A DNA stretch of 63,678 bases, filler included, from Intoshia linei (Eukaryota > Animalia > Orthonectida), in NCBI GenBank assembly GCA_001642005.1. It is 6 parts of 6 records of this genome, joined end to end, with 100 filler letters (N's around TTAATTAATTAA, not from the genome) between each part and the next. Parts side by side here need not be neighbours in the genome. Positions count along the whole stretch, not along the records: positions 1 to 30,026 come from LWCA01000374.1; 5 more parts are not named here. The stretch is one strand, 5' to 3'. Shown piece after piece: positions 11,154-24,300 of this stretch. The notes beneath the pieces are model-generated. The model did not search any database. It had not been told where the DNA came from and saw only the letters and a program-made list of their open reading frames with translations. The position numbers were made by a program, and so were the translations under genes. The number at the start of each line of letters is the position of its first letter. Position 1 is the stretch's first letter.

Positions 11154-12940
11154 ATGTCAAATTATTCGGATGAAACTAACACCAGCTCTGAAAATACACA
11201 ATTTAAAAGAAAATATAATTCCGTTAGGAAATTGGCATCAAACGTAAGATCAAAATTTGCTTCAAGTGACTTTCGGAAAAAAATGGAAGATAATGAACAA
11301 AACTTTCAACCGAGTTCTGTACATATAAATATATCAAGTAATAGTGTGATTGATCCAAATTTTTTGTTGCAACAATTTTACAATGTCACTGATAACAAAG
11401 TTATTACGTATAAACAATTAAATCGACGTAAAATGTTGGAATTACAAGGTCTTCTCAATTTGTTTTATCATTCCTTTGATCATGGTAATATAATTTATAT
11501 TTGTGTATTATAATTGTATATATTTATTATTAATTATACGGTGTATGTTGTATAATTTCGTTATCCTAACGTTTTTACATATTACTATAATTTTAATATA
11601 TATTTTAAATTCAAGGTTTTATAGATTTACCGATAATTTTGACAACATTAAACTAACCCCTGGTTTAATCGAAGGGTGTAAAGTTTACACTCTAAACTTC
11701 CAAAAATGAAACGTAATACTCGTATATTACTATATAGCAACTAAAACCTATTCCGAATAAAACGTTCTGTTTCAATCAATTTCTGTATTTTATTTAATTA
11801 ACTAAGTTTAAATAGTTTAAACAATGCACATGTAAATAATTGAATATTTCAAAATCTAAATTTATTAACTTTTAAAAAAATTCTAACATTTGGAAAAATT
11901 TTTAACTTTTCTAACCGTATTAACTTTATAAAATTTGAATTAGCCAATTAATATTGACGATATTGGTGCCATCATGCTGGAAATGTTAAACTATTTAACA
12001 TATCAAATTTTAATTTTTCTAACTTTTGCTTGCCCTACTTATAATTTAATTCTACAAAAAAATAAATATTAATTATAAAATCTTATTATTCACTATTATA
12101 AACCTTTTAATTTAAAGTGAATTATTTTAATTTAATTTTATTATGTGAATATTTGTGTAAATAATTTTGTGACCTATATTTTAAATTTATTAGAAATAAT
12201 AGGTATATCTAAAAATTAAATAAAAAAAGTACAATCGTAAAAATATTCATAAATTAATAAAATAAAATTATAAATAACGGTTTTTTCTTTTTTAATGTGA
12301 TGGCATATCTGCATTTTGGAAACGCTGTTCCACAGTATTTTAAATTCTTATTTTTAGACGAATGCATACTAAACACTGAAACCTTTCCAAAATATCTGGA
12401 CGAACTGAAATTGATATTAAAGCAAATTAGCACACTAAGATTAAACCAAAGCAGCATCTCCCTTCGACTTTCAGCATATGTCTGCTCTAAGCAGGATTGT
12501 ATAGAAAATATAATTCTTCTGGTTCTCAAAGTATTTAATGTCATACTAAAGACTGTAGAAAACGCTGGAGTGTACATTACTACATCTTTTGATATTGATC
12601 CAATGATTGCCACCTTTTTTGAAACTATTAATTTCTTGTATACAAATACAGCTGGCGATGACGAAAAATTTGATAACATTATTTTAAACCGAAACGCCCT
12701 AAATATACTCATTTCTGGGATAGATTTATGTTACAATTTAACCTGTATAAACAAAAAATACCACAAAAAACTACAAAAGTGTTTTTATTATATATTTTCC
12801 ACTATAAAAATTATTTAGATTTTCCAACGCTCGTAGACATTCAATACCTTATACAACAATTAGACATTGATGAAGACAAAGAATTCAGTACTCTCAAACT
12901 TTTAGCAAACTCAGTCAAAGGGTTATACTCTTTTAAATAG
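11154..12940 (+). CDS. Hypothetical protein, likely helical-repeat, at least 3 exons (about 11154-11484, 12358-12780, 12819-)
   Basis: Phase-compatible GT-AG joins link three long ORFs (..FDH|DECILNTE..; ..KLQK|YFPTLVD..). No family recognised and the 3' end is uncertain. Confidence 0.55.
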
Positions 12941-13078
12941 CATTGTATTACAATTTATTTACAAAATGCTATGTTTATTAAATGTTCAAATATTTTCAGC
13001 ATTTGATCTAAAAATTTCTATTAATTTATAAATTTTAATAAATTTGTACATATGAAATGTATTAATAATTATGTGCAC

Positions 13079-13400
13079 TAGTGATTGTGATTTCCCGGGA
13101 AAAATAAAAAATTTTTATTCATATGTAATATACAGAATATGTGGAAGCATTAAAAATTTTAGAAACAAAAAGAAATTTAATTAATGAAATAACACGAATC
13201 TAGATTGAAAGTTACAAATTTATTTATTTTAGATTGTTGAAAAAGTGTTTCAAAACACATATAATATTGATAGATTCGTTTTCGTGTTCTACGTTTTGTA
13301 ACGAAATTAGAAACAGTAGAGAAATTTCTTTCATTTTGTGTTGACGTAGGTTGAACGGTCATAAGGGCTTCCTTTAATTTTAACAATCATGATGATAGCG
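13079..13400 (-). pseudogene. hAT transposase C-terminal dimerisation-domain remnant with a terminus
   Basis: ALMTVQPTSTQNERNFSTVSNFVTKRRTR (P.TS...ER.FS motif) next to a TAGTGATTG..TCCCGGGA end. Confidence 0.7.
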
Positions 13401-15331
13401 TTCCAGATCGTAAAAACTCATAGTATTTTTCAAAATAATATTTCAAAATTGGAAAAAGAGCATAATTCCCTTAAGCGTTAGTAATTTGTGGTTGGAATAA
13501 GAGGTTTTTAAAAAAAGTATCGTCAAAAGGACATTTTTCCATTAAGGGCTGGAAAATTAAATTTTTTATTTGTAGTTTGATGAAAAGAATTTTTTTCATA
13601 AGATTTCGTAAAATCGGATTTTTGAAAAGAATATCGTTGTAAGACAATTTTTTCATGAGGACTTGAAATGGTATTTTTGATTAAATTTTATTAGTGGTGT
13701 ATTTTTGAAATGGTAAATTTTAAATATTATAATATAATCATATTTTCATAGTAATAACAAACATAAATTAAATACAGGTATGTCTCAATTTTTTTCAGGA
13801 AATCGTATCAATCCCGAAAATAATTAAATATCTCGGGAATTTTGTATCGAAAGAGGTTATTTCCATTTATATTAAAACTGGCTTAAATATAACATCATTA
13901 ATTACAATTGAATGTAAAATCAAAAAATTGTTGGTGAATATGGAATTATTCTACAGATGATCATAATGCAATATATCATTTTACTTCAAATTGAAAAGTT
14001 TCAATCAGATTTATTCAAGGTCTATTTAAAATATTTTAATCAAAAAGTTACATTCTTGAATTTTCCCCAGTTTCTCACATGTTAGTGAAGGGCACACAAA
14101 ATCAAGGCAGTCACTGATATCTTTTTTTATGTGATTATTAATATTTTTATTTTTTATGTCTTCCACTCTAATGTATCAACATATCGGTTTTTAATGGAAC
14201 TTTTTTCTGTTGTCCAATTATTAATTATTTACCGAAAAATTAATGATTAATGTTTTTTAAAAAATATTAGTAAAAGGAGATTTTTTAAATTTTTTTTTTA
14301 AATCAGGTTTTTTCTTATGGAATCAGTTAGAGGAATTATTGATCTAAAACTTTGGTAAAAATGAATTTTTTACTTAAAAGTTGGTAAAATTTTGGTTTAT
14401 TCTCATAAGATTTTGTTAAATTAGAAGATTAAATAAAATATGCTGAAAATTTTAGATTCGCCTACAATCATCTAAAATTTTCGTATTCACCCCTTGGGTA
14501 CCAGTCACCCCATGAGAAGCACTGTATTAATCCTACTATTGCTATTTATTCCGATTCAGATACATGTAAATGAAAAATGTGGTGTTAATTTATATGAGTG
14601 AATTAAGGATTAATTTTAATTGAAAATTATTAATTAAAACTTGCTGATAATAAAATTTTAAAACTATTTTATTAGACTTAAAATTTAGGTCTAGAGTAAA
14701 CTTTCTCAATGTCGAAGTAAATTTTGTGCGACAGTAGTATCAATGCGAAAAGTAGCATTGTGACTGAATTGGTGGAAAGGTATTGCACCCCTGGTCTAAC
14801 CTAAAACCAAAATCTTCATGGCGGTTATGTGATAAAAAAAATGTTTCTTATTTTGAAAAATGGTTTTAAAACTTTTATTTTATATTTTAAATTAATGGCG
14901 AGTTGTGGAGGAAATACTGTATAATATGCAATTACGCAAGATTTATAAAATTGCATAAATTATTTCATAAAAGATCAAAAATATTTCACTTTAAAAAATA
15001 GTAATTTTTCAAGTTATAAAACTAGGTAAAAGTGGTATTTTCCTTAAACTAAAGCCTCTGGTATAAAATTTGATGATAAATAATTTTTTATATAAATTTC
15101 AAGTGATTTTAAAAATAAACAAAACTTTTTTAACAAAAACCAAAATAAAACTAAAAAATGTAAAATGAAAAAATAACAAAATTTCTCATTGGTCTTGGAA
15201 TCACCAATTGGGAATCACAGAGATAAACCATTTAAAAATTTAATAAACTGTAAAAAGTCCTTAATTAGTCATCTATAGAAACAGATGGTTAAGATAGCAC
15301 ACAATTAATTAATTTACATTAATTAATAAAT

Positions 15332-18300
15332 TTAAGAAAAAATAAAAAACCATTCACTGTATTTGGGTGGTAATTTTTTGAGAAAAAAGCAGAGAACATT
15401 AGCAAATTGAGTAGCTTGTTTCATAAGGTTATCATTTTGAAAACAGTCTGTCCGATACTTTTTATTAACATGAGTACACGTTTGAATAGTGGAATGCATA
15501 ATTTTGATAATATCATAAAGGGGTCCAACTAAATCATTAAGATAACGCCCATGAAAGAATTTGATTAATCTACAAAAGCTGCGAATAACATGCATAAGAC
15601 TATGCAAGGTAGAAGAAACTTTACAAATATATTCTTGAAAACTACGAGTGCAACTCTTAATCATTTCTTTAGATTCTGATACCAAAAGTCTAGACTGATT
15701 CCAAATGAATATTTTTTCCTTATTCCCATATTCCTCCCTATTATGAAACCACGAAAGATTGGAAAGATTGATATTGCAAGCATTTTTTTTGCAATTAAAA
15801 TTTGAATCAGCATAAACGATCAAATCCTGAAATTTTGATTTGGTAATTTCTAAATCTTGTATAGGAGTGTTTAAATGTGAGTACGTTTTGTTGATAATTT
15901 CAGTGTAGCATTTAGCAATCTCTTCAAGAAGAAAATGAAGTTGTATAGAAGGATCATAATCATCAAGATTGATTAAATTTTCTTCATTAAAAGAATCATC
16001 AGACATAGAATCTGGATGTGGGCCTGGCTTAGGAACAACAGAATGATAAATACTGGGTCGCTTTCGAATAGAATCAACCATATAAGCAGCAGATTTAATA
16101 GTTTGTTTGAAATTAGATAAGGAAGGTTTAGGAAAATTAATTTTTTTAATAGAAGTTGCAAGAGTTTTATCATCCAAGGTTTTGTAAATATCTAACAAGG
16201 ATTTTGGTGAGTGAGAAAATTTTAAACTATTACGTTTTTTGCCGTTAATAATATTTTTTATAGGATTAACAAATTTTTTGATGAAGGATTGATTATATCT
16301 ACTCCCGTTCATGGAACCAGAAAAGGAATCTTCTTCTTTACCATGAACAAAATTGTTTTCCACAAAATGTTCGTCCAAACAATCCGAATCTTTATTTAAT
16401 ATTGATAAATTATCCTTGTAAATACTTTTATCATAATGAGGAGGTTTTCTAAGGGTTGGTTTTGGTTCGTTAATTTTGAATACATGTTTGGATAACAATT
16501 TTTTATTTAAAGTGTCAAATTTTCTAGTAAAACTTTCCTGGTATTTAAGTTTTGTGGGTTTAATACAAGGCGAATCATTGGTCAAGTTTGTTTCACTTTG
16601 ATTATCGCTAGCTCTACTAAAAGACGCAACCCGGTTATAGAGTTTCTGTCGATTAGGACGAACATCTGCATATATCTCCATTTTATCTTTTAAATGTTCA
16701 CTGTCTAGATTATCATTCAATTTACGACTCATTTCCCTTTTTAAATCATTAAAATTCTTGTCAGTGGTGTAAAATGTTTCGTTTTTCTCTACAGGAATTT
16801 GATCTATTGATTCTTTTTCAAATTCCACTACTTTATTTGTTTTCGAGTATTGATTAAACTTTGAATTTGTTGAATTTTGTTTACGTCGCATGAGAGAATC
16901 TATCCGATTTAAAATGCCCTTTGAACATTTACCAACACACAACTCGTCCAGTTTGTTTTGCTCGGCGAATTTACTGAAATTTTCCAGATAATCATACTCA
17001 CATTCATTGATTTCGTTCACTTTCATATCGCTGATTGTAGCATACTCGGTATCCAAATTTTTACACGCATAGTAATTTTTCTCAATTTTCATTTTTGAAT
17101 GATTATAGTTAATCTCTAGATTACAAACTTCACTAGTATTTTCTTCGTATGAGACTTGAGTCAAATTACTTAAAGATTGACTCGAATCGGATAGTGCAGT
17201 TGTTATGTCAATTTTTGACAAATTTGATGCGTCTTCCGATGTATTAATCTCGGCAGATTCATTTACACTACTATAACATGATTCCAGTTTTGATATTTCA
17301 AACCGCATTGGTTTTTTACTTTTGTTCGCTACGCTTGTATCTTTCATTAAACGTGGTGTATTCACATTACCATACTTCTTTTTATTTTCTCCATTTTCCA
17401 AATTACTAAATGTAGTAACCATACATTTATTTGTATCTCTATGATTATTTTGGATATTTGGTACATTTTTACATTCATACATTGTATTGATTGATTCTGG
17501 TGAATCTAAAAAACGTGTTTTATTTTTTTAAAAAATATTAATGAATCAATTTAAATTTAGTAAATTACTGTTTAGTTTTTATCATGCAAAATAAACTGAT
17601 GTCACGATTTGTTGTTTATAATGAGTACATTTTTGTCAATTCTATTTCAAGTTCTATACAATTTCTATATAAGTTATATGTCATTTAAATTTTAATCTTT
17701 TAGTTTTTTAATTTAGTTTGTTAGTTATTAAATCTTAAATATTAGTTTCTGTATGTGCGTTAATCAAACCTATATTATTTCAACTTATATAAATTAAAAG
17801 TTGTTACAAATATGTGTCTGCGTAATCATTAATTAAGATAACTTACACATTTTTTTTAAAAATCATATTTAGTGTTACAATTATTACTTACTTTAATTTT
17901 ATGTAAAATATAAATTTAGCGAAAATTAAATTGGAGACCTAAATTGGATAAAAATTAGTAGTGAACTCTTTGACTTTAAAATTTTTCTTACACTTTAAGA
18001 GTAATTGATTTATTGAAATAAACATCAATTCAAATATTAATTTAACATGAAAAAAACATGGGTAGGCCTGATTAGGAATCCATGGTTTTAAAATTGATTT
18101 AAAATGTTCTTTTATTTTGTCAATATAATTCGGAAATAATTATCCATCAACCATATCGTTATCGAAATATCTCCATGTTCAGTTAAATATACTAATACTG
18201 GTGATATGTCTCATCACTTTTATCGGGTCTTAGCCATCGATTTTGTGTCCGAAAATTATAGTTCATTATATATGAAGTAATCAGTATTTTTATATTTTAC

Positions 18301-21300
18301 ACCACTTTCAGAGTAATGTTTGCTTGTTAAATTTTCGGTGTATGATTTAATTAATTTGGTGTATAAATAAAGTTACCCATATATTACATGTTATTTTTGA
18401 CCAGTAATGTATAGATTTCTGGGGTTGAAATTTTGTATCTATATCAACTAAAATAAGCTGTATCAGAATAATCTTTTTTTAAATTCTAGGACCATTAATT
18501 ATTTCAAATTTTTTGTTTTACAATGTTCATGAAATAATTTCATTTCCTGAAAAAATTAAACATAAAAATTTATAATTTTTCTACAAAGCCATGAAAACAT
18601 GTAATAATGTAATCTAAATATAAAATTGAAAATTGATCGAATGACAAATACAGTGGTTTCTGTTCAATATGAATACTGTTCAATATGAATACTGTATAAT
18701 ATGAATTCACGCTTATATGAATTTCATGCAAATAAAAGTTAGATTTGCATAGTATTTATTATAAGAAAAAATTTTTAATATGAATTTCATTCAATATGAA
18801 CTGTGAATATGATTTTGTGCAAATAAACATAAATTTGTATTAATTTTCTATCACGTGACTTATAAATATCAGAAAAGTAACCATTCAATATGAATTTGAA
18901 GAGAAAAAGACAAGATTTGTCAATAAATAATAAAATAAAATTAATTAAACTGTTTGACGAAGATTCAAATCGGTCTCAAAAATATTTAGCCACCAAACAC
19001 TTCCTTTCAATATGTTTGGTAAATAAGTTGTTAAAAAATCGTGAAGAAATCCTTAATTAAATTTGAATCAGAAGAGACAACCTTGCCAAGAAAATCTATG
19101 AAAATTGAATCAGTGTTGTATCAGTGGTTTCAACGTCAACGGACATTAAATATAACTATAAGTGGCATTATATTGAAAGAAAAGGCGCTAGAAATTGTCA
19201 GTATTTTGAATTTGAACGATTTTAAAGCCTCTACTGGTTGGTTAAATTCTTTTTTAACCAGAAATTCCATTAAATCAAAAAAATTGTAGGAGAATCAAAA
19301 TTAGTAAGCGAGTCTAAAATAAAAAAAAGAAAGAATTATTTTCTGGATCTGTAGAAAAATATAAAAATGAAATATTTAACTGTGATGAAACCGGATTATT
19401 CTTTAAACAAACTGCTTCCAGAACTTACATCTGCTCTACAAAAGATAGAGCAAGTGGAAAATTTTCAAAAGATAGATTGACCATTCTTTTGGCATATAGT
19501 ATGACAGGAGAAAAATTAAAGCCAGTAGTAATAGGAACATCTAAGTTTCCGCGCTGTTTTAAAAATATAAACATGAAAAAATTATCAGTCACTTATGAAA
19601 ATAATAACAAAAGTTGGATGAAACAGATCTTTTTTTAAAATGGTTAAAAAACGTAAATAATAAAATGAAGAATGAAGATAGAAATATACTTTTAATAGTA
19701 TATAATTCTCCGGTTCGCCCTAAAGATGTGACTTAAGTAATATTCAATTATTATATATTACTCCTAACACTTCTTCACTGATAAAGCCTTTAGATCAAGG
19801 AATTATAAAATCCTTTAAAGACCATTATAGGAGATGTCTAATGTCTTCGGTAAATTTTGAAATTTCTGAAACAGGAAACGTAACCCAAGAAGAGTGGTGC
19901 AAGAAAATATCTTACTACAATGCCATCATTTGGATATCAAGGGCTTGGGAATCAGTATCAATTGATTGTATTAAAAATTGTTTTTTATATTCATACAAAA
20001 ATGCAAATTTGGAATTGTTTTATACAAACCAATGATGAAATTCAAAATGAATTATTGGAATAATGTATTGTATATGATGTGGAGTTTAAAACAGACTGAA
20101 TTTTTTAATGATTTAATTTTAAATGTCAATGAAGAAATTGTGAATGATGAAACTTATCAAAATTATTGGTAACAATGGTGCTAAAACACTCCAAATATAT
20201 TTTTGTGCCAATATTTCCCATGAACTTCCAAAAGTGTGGGAACTTATTGATCTTATAAAAAAAGAAAAAATTGAAAATAGCAACAAAATTACAAACTATT
20301 TTCCATTGCAAAAATAAATACTTATATATTTGTTAATTAATTAATTAATAATTAATATTCACTTCATTTTTCATTCATATTGTACGCCCAACTCTATTAT
20401 GAATATTCTAAATATCCGGTCCCTTGACATTCATATTGTACAGAAACCACTGTATAGACAAAATATCGATAATGATTAATTTCTATTTATTCAACATTTC
20501 ATACATTAATAAGACAGAACTAGCTTCTTTAGATAAGGCACTATAAAAAGGTAAAACTAATTACATGTACCTGAAAAAAATGACATTAATAGATTAGGAA
20601 TAAATTGTAACAATTTTCAATAAAAGTCAAAATGGACTAATTACTAATAGATAAAATACTTTGATATTATTCTACTTTTAATTAAAACACATCGTAATGA
20701 AATGTAAATTTTATTTCGCGATGAATTGATTCAACGTAACAAATTTTATACAAATAAACGAAATTGTAAATTTTGTAAAATTAAAATTTTACTTGTATAA
20801 AATTAAATGTATGTGCGTGACAGACAATACAATCTGTCTATGTTTGTAAGTGTTCCGTTTATTTCTATAACTCACTAACTATAACTAAGAGTAAATTTTT
20901 ATAAAACTAAATTCCAAATCAGTTTTTTCCGGTGAAAAAAGTAAGATGAATTTTAATCTCAAAAACTTACATCAACCCGGTCAAAAATGTATTTTACCAT
21001 TTTATAATTAGTTATCGCCTTTGTAATTTAACTAATTTCTAAGTCGCTAGTTCGTTGTTAGTAAAGCATCAATTTAGTATCTAACGCTATATTTGCGTGT
21101 AAGACGTATTCTTATTCAAAATTGATTAGCGGCTAAATTACAGAGTGTAAAATGGTTTAAATTATAAGCCAAATTATACTAAATTTGAGCATAAAAAAGT
21201 GACAATTTAAATTTTAAATCATAAAACAGTAAACTGTATTTTATACCACAAAGTTTCTGAAGTTAAAATTTATAAGAATGAAAATAATTTTAAAAACTTC

Positions 21301-24300
21301 CGAAATCGAGACCATAAATTCCTAATCTGGAGTGGCAGAATTTTTTTTTAATAAATGTCAATTTGTAATATTTTTTAAAATTAAATAAAGTTTCAAAAAT
21401 AAAGTTAAATTCATGTAAAATCCTTTACTAATATAAAATTAAATGTCTAATAAACACTGTCTATTACTGTTTATTTAAAAAATTAACATAGCTCAAATTC
21501 ACAAAAACCCAATATCTAATACAGTTTTGCAATGGCGAATCAGTATCGCAAATTATATTTCCTGAAATTGAGTTTTTTCAGGGTTAAACATCCCATTTCT
21601 CCTTTTTTTAAAAAATATAATCAACCCTAAAATTTAAACTACGTACATTCTGAACGCAATTCACAGTCATTAATATTTTCGTAAATCTCAACCTCAGAAA
21701 TTACATCTTCATGGTCACAACCCCAAATTATCCTTTTTTTTTAAAATTAAAAAAGTCATAGAATTTTATAAAAAATAAATTCTGTGATAGTTTTTAAAAG
21801 ATAATTATTAGCATAAATCGCAACCTAAAAAACTGTATTTTCACAATCAAAACCTAGATTGCTCTTTTTTTAAACATAAAAATAGTTTACAATTTATAGC
21901 AATTTTTTCATTGCCACAGTGAAAATAGTATTTTATGCGAATTTAAGTACATTACAATATAATGTATATTATGTATATACATTAAATTTTTGTGTGCCAA
22001 AATGGAAAAAGTTAACAACACATGTTCTAGACCTCTTCCTTTTTTAATGATTTATCCTTAAATGGTTACACAGACAAAAAATTTCTCTCAAATAAACATT
22101 TAAAAATATTTTACTTGATATACAAGTAAGGATATATTACCAGTTTTGAGGTTATTATAAATTAATGTTGACGTTGAAATGTATGATTCAGATTCTGATT
22201 CACATTTGAAGTCGGTAAAGAATCCATTCGTTTCTTGAATATCATTTGGTTTATTATTAAACTTTTCAATTTCTAAATTTGGTGTAGGTACGCGTAAAAC
22301 ATCAATAAAATCTTGAACAGATAGTTTTGATAATTTTTTCATAATGGTTAGGTTTTCTGATTTCAGGGAACTATCTTCCTTATGAATTAATTGACAGCTA
22401 GTGCCACTGTCACTTCCGAAGCCACTCTCCTTTTCAGTTTTATATTTTTTGTATAAATAATCTTTATATTTGTTACGTGTTTCTTTGCCAACTTGGTTTA
22501 TTGTCTCTTTTTCTAAAAATATTTATAAATGAAACATTGTTTTTCTGTCATATTTTATAGTTTATGCAAGTAAAAGGACAATATATTTATTGATTTATAT
22601 GTTAAAACATTTAATATAAATTATCATTCATAATTATTAATCAACTACAATTATATACATAAAAGTAAATTAAAATTCTGGAATGCATTATACAATAATA
22701 TAACCTGAATTAACTTTCAAAAAATGACAAAACTATTTTTTTTGTAAATCGATTATTTTACTGACCATGTGGATAATTGCGGTAGTGATGTTTTTATTAT
22801 CATATTCATAATGTGAATAATCCAATTTTACCAACCATAAATAAATCAGTCCATTTTAATCAAACAAACAAGAAAAAGTCGATAAATGTGAATAAATACC
22901 ATTATGAAAACTTTTCAAAGTTCCATAATCAGAATTTACTTGAGAATGTATATTTTGCAGAGATTTTTGATATGCAGTATCTAAATTTTTTATTAATAGG
23001 TATACGTATATTTGTACTTTTACTGAAGATATATTTTTTTAAATTCTCGAACTCGTTTGATTTTCAAAAAAAGGACAATTGCGATTTTTGACCCGTAACA
23101 TGTGAGTTTGAGAGTCTGAAATTTATTTTGCTAACACCCCATAAAAAACTGTAATTAAAATGTGGACTTTATAAAATTTTAAGACTGGTAGTTATTGAAA
23201 TAAACGATAAAACACACACATACAAAGCATATAATATAGGTAATGATATAAATAATATGTTAATAATTTCATTTATTTTATCAAATATAATTTTTTGTGT
23301 GACCTTTAAGTGTAAATCACTGGTATCAACATTACCCTTAAAACTGCAATTCAAATCAAATAATGACTTTGAAGATGAAAGAGGTGAACTGTTTGATTCA
23401 AATGTTGAGCAAGTAGTTTTCTATAACAATAATTCATTAAAACTCTTAAATTTCAAAATTACCATTGTTTTATCTAAAAATAATTGTAAAAATTAACAAT
23501 ATATTAATAAATATGTATTATAATCTACATATTACTTTTATATATACTGTAAAAATAAATACCTGAATCCTTATCAGTGTTATTTATCAAAAGATGAGAA
23601 ATTTTGTATCTTATTTTGTCGGTAAATTCCAAACTTCCAGGACAGGAATTTTTAATGAATTCGTTATATAGACTTTTGTTCAACAAATTACAATAACCAC
23701 GAACAACTTCCACGCATGATAGTGCATCAAGCAAATTTGAACTGAAATTAATAATGTATTTGTTTGGATGAGTACATTTTAATTGTAAGTGAATATTTTT
23801 ATTCGTTTTTTCTTTTCCATGTTTTAATTTTATCCGTTTTAGGTTACTGAAAGTGCATAAAGGCATAGCCTAAAATTTATTAATGAATTGTTTTGTATTA
23901 CTTTTCTCTGATTTAGATCAGTCGTGAGTGATATCCCATATCTGACGTCAATTATTAAATTTGTGTCACTATGCATCGTTGGCTAAATTAAGCATTCAAA
24001 TTTATTTTATGTATTATTAACTAGATTTTACTATTTTATTATATAAAATTATGAATGATGGGATTTACATATTTTAAATTTAAAAGAATTATAGCGAAAC
24101 AATATATCATTTAGAAAACATTGATTTTACATGTAAAATCTATCAACTGAACTTGTCAAAATTTTGAACTGTCAGCCGAATATGAGTAATTTCAATTTCT
24201 GAAAATGACATTTAATTAAATTAAACATTAAATTAATATCATTAATTAAATATAACTATAATTATACAAGTCAATAGCTAGCCTGTTATGAACTTCGTAC

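Noticed and set aside
12254-12712. Antisense or shadow ORFs (also 2531-3346, 45268-45708, 53520-53792, 61706-62209)
   Set aside because: They overlap better-supported genes or transposase remnants and show no motifs.
18660-18720. Short direct repeats resembling a CRISPR array
   Set aside because: There are no unique spacers. They are subterminal repeats of a Tigger element in a eukaryote.
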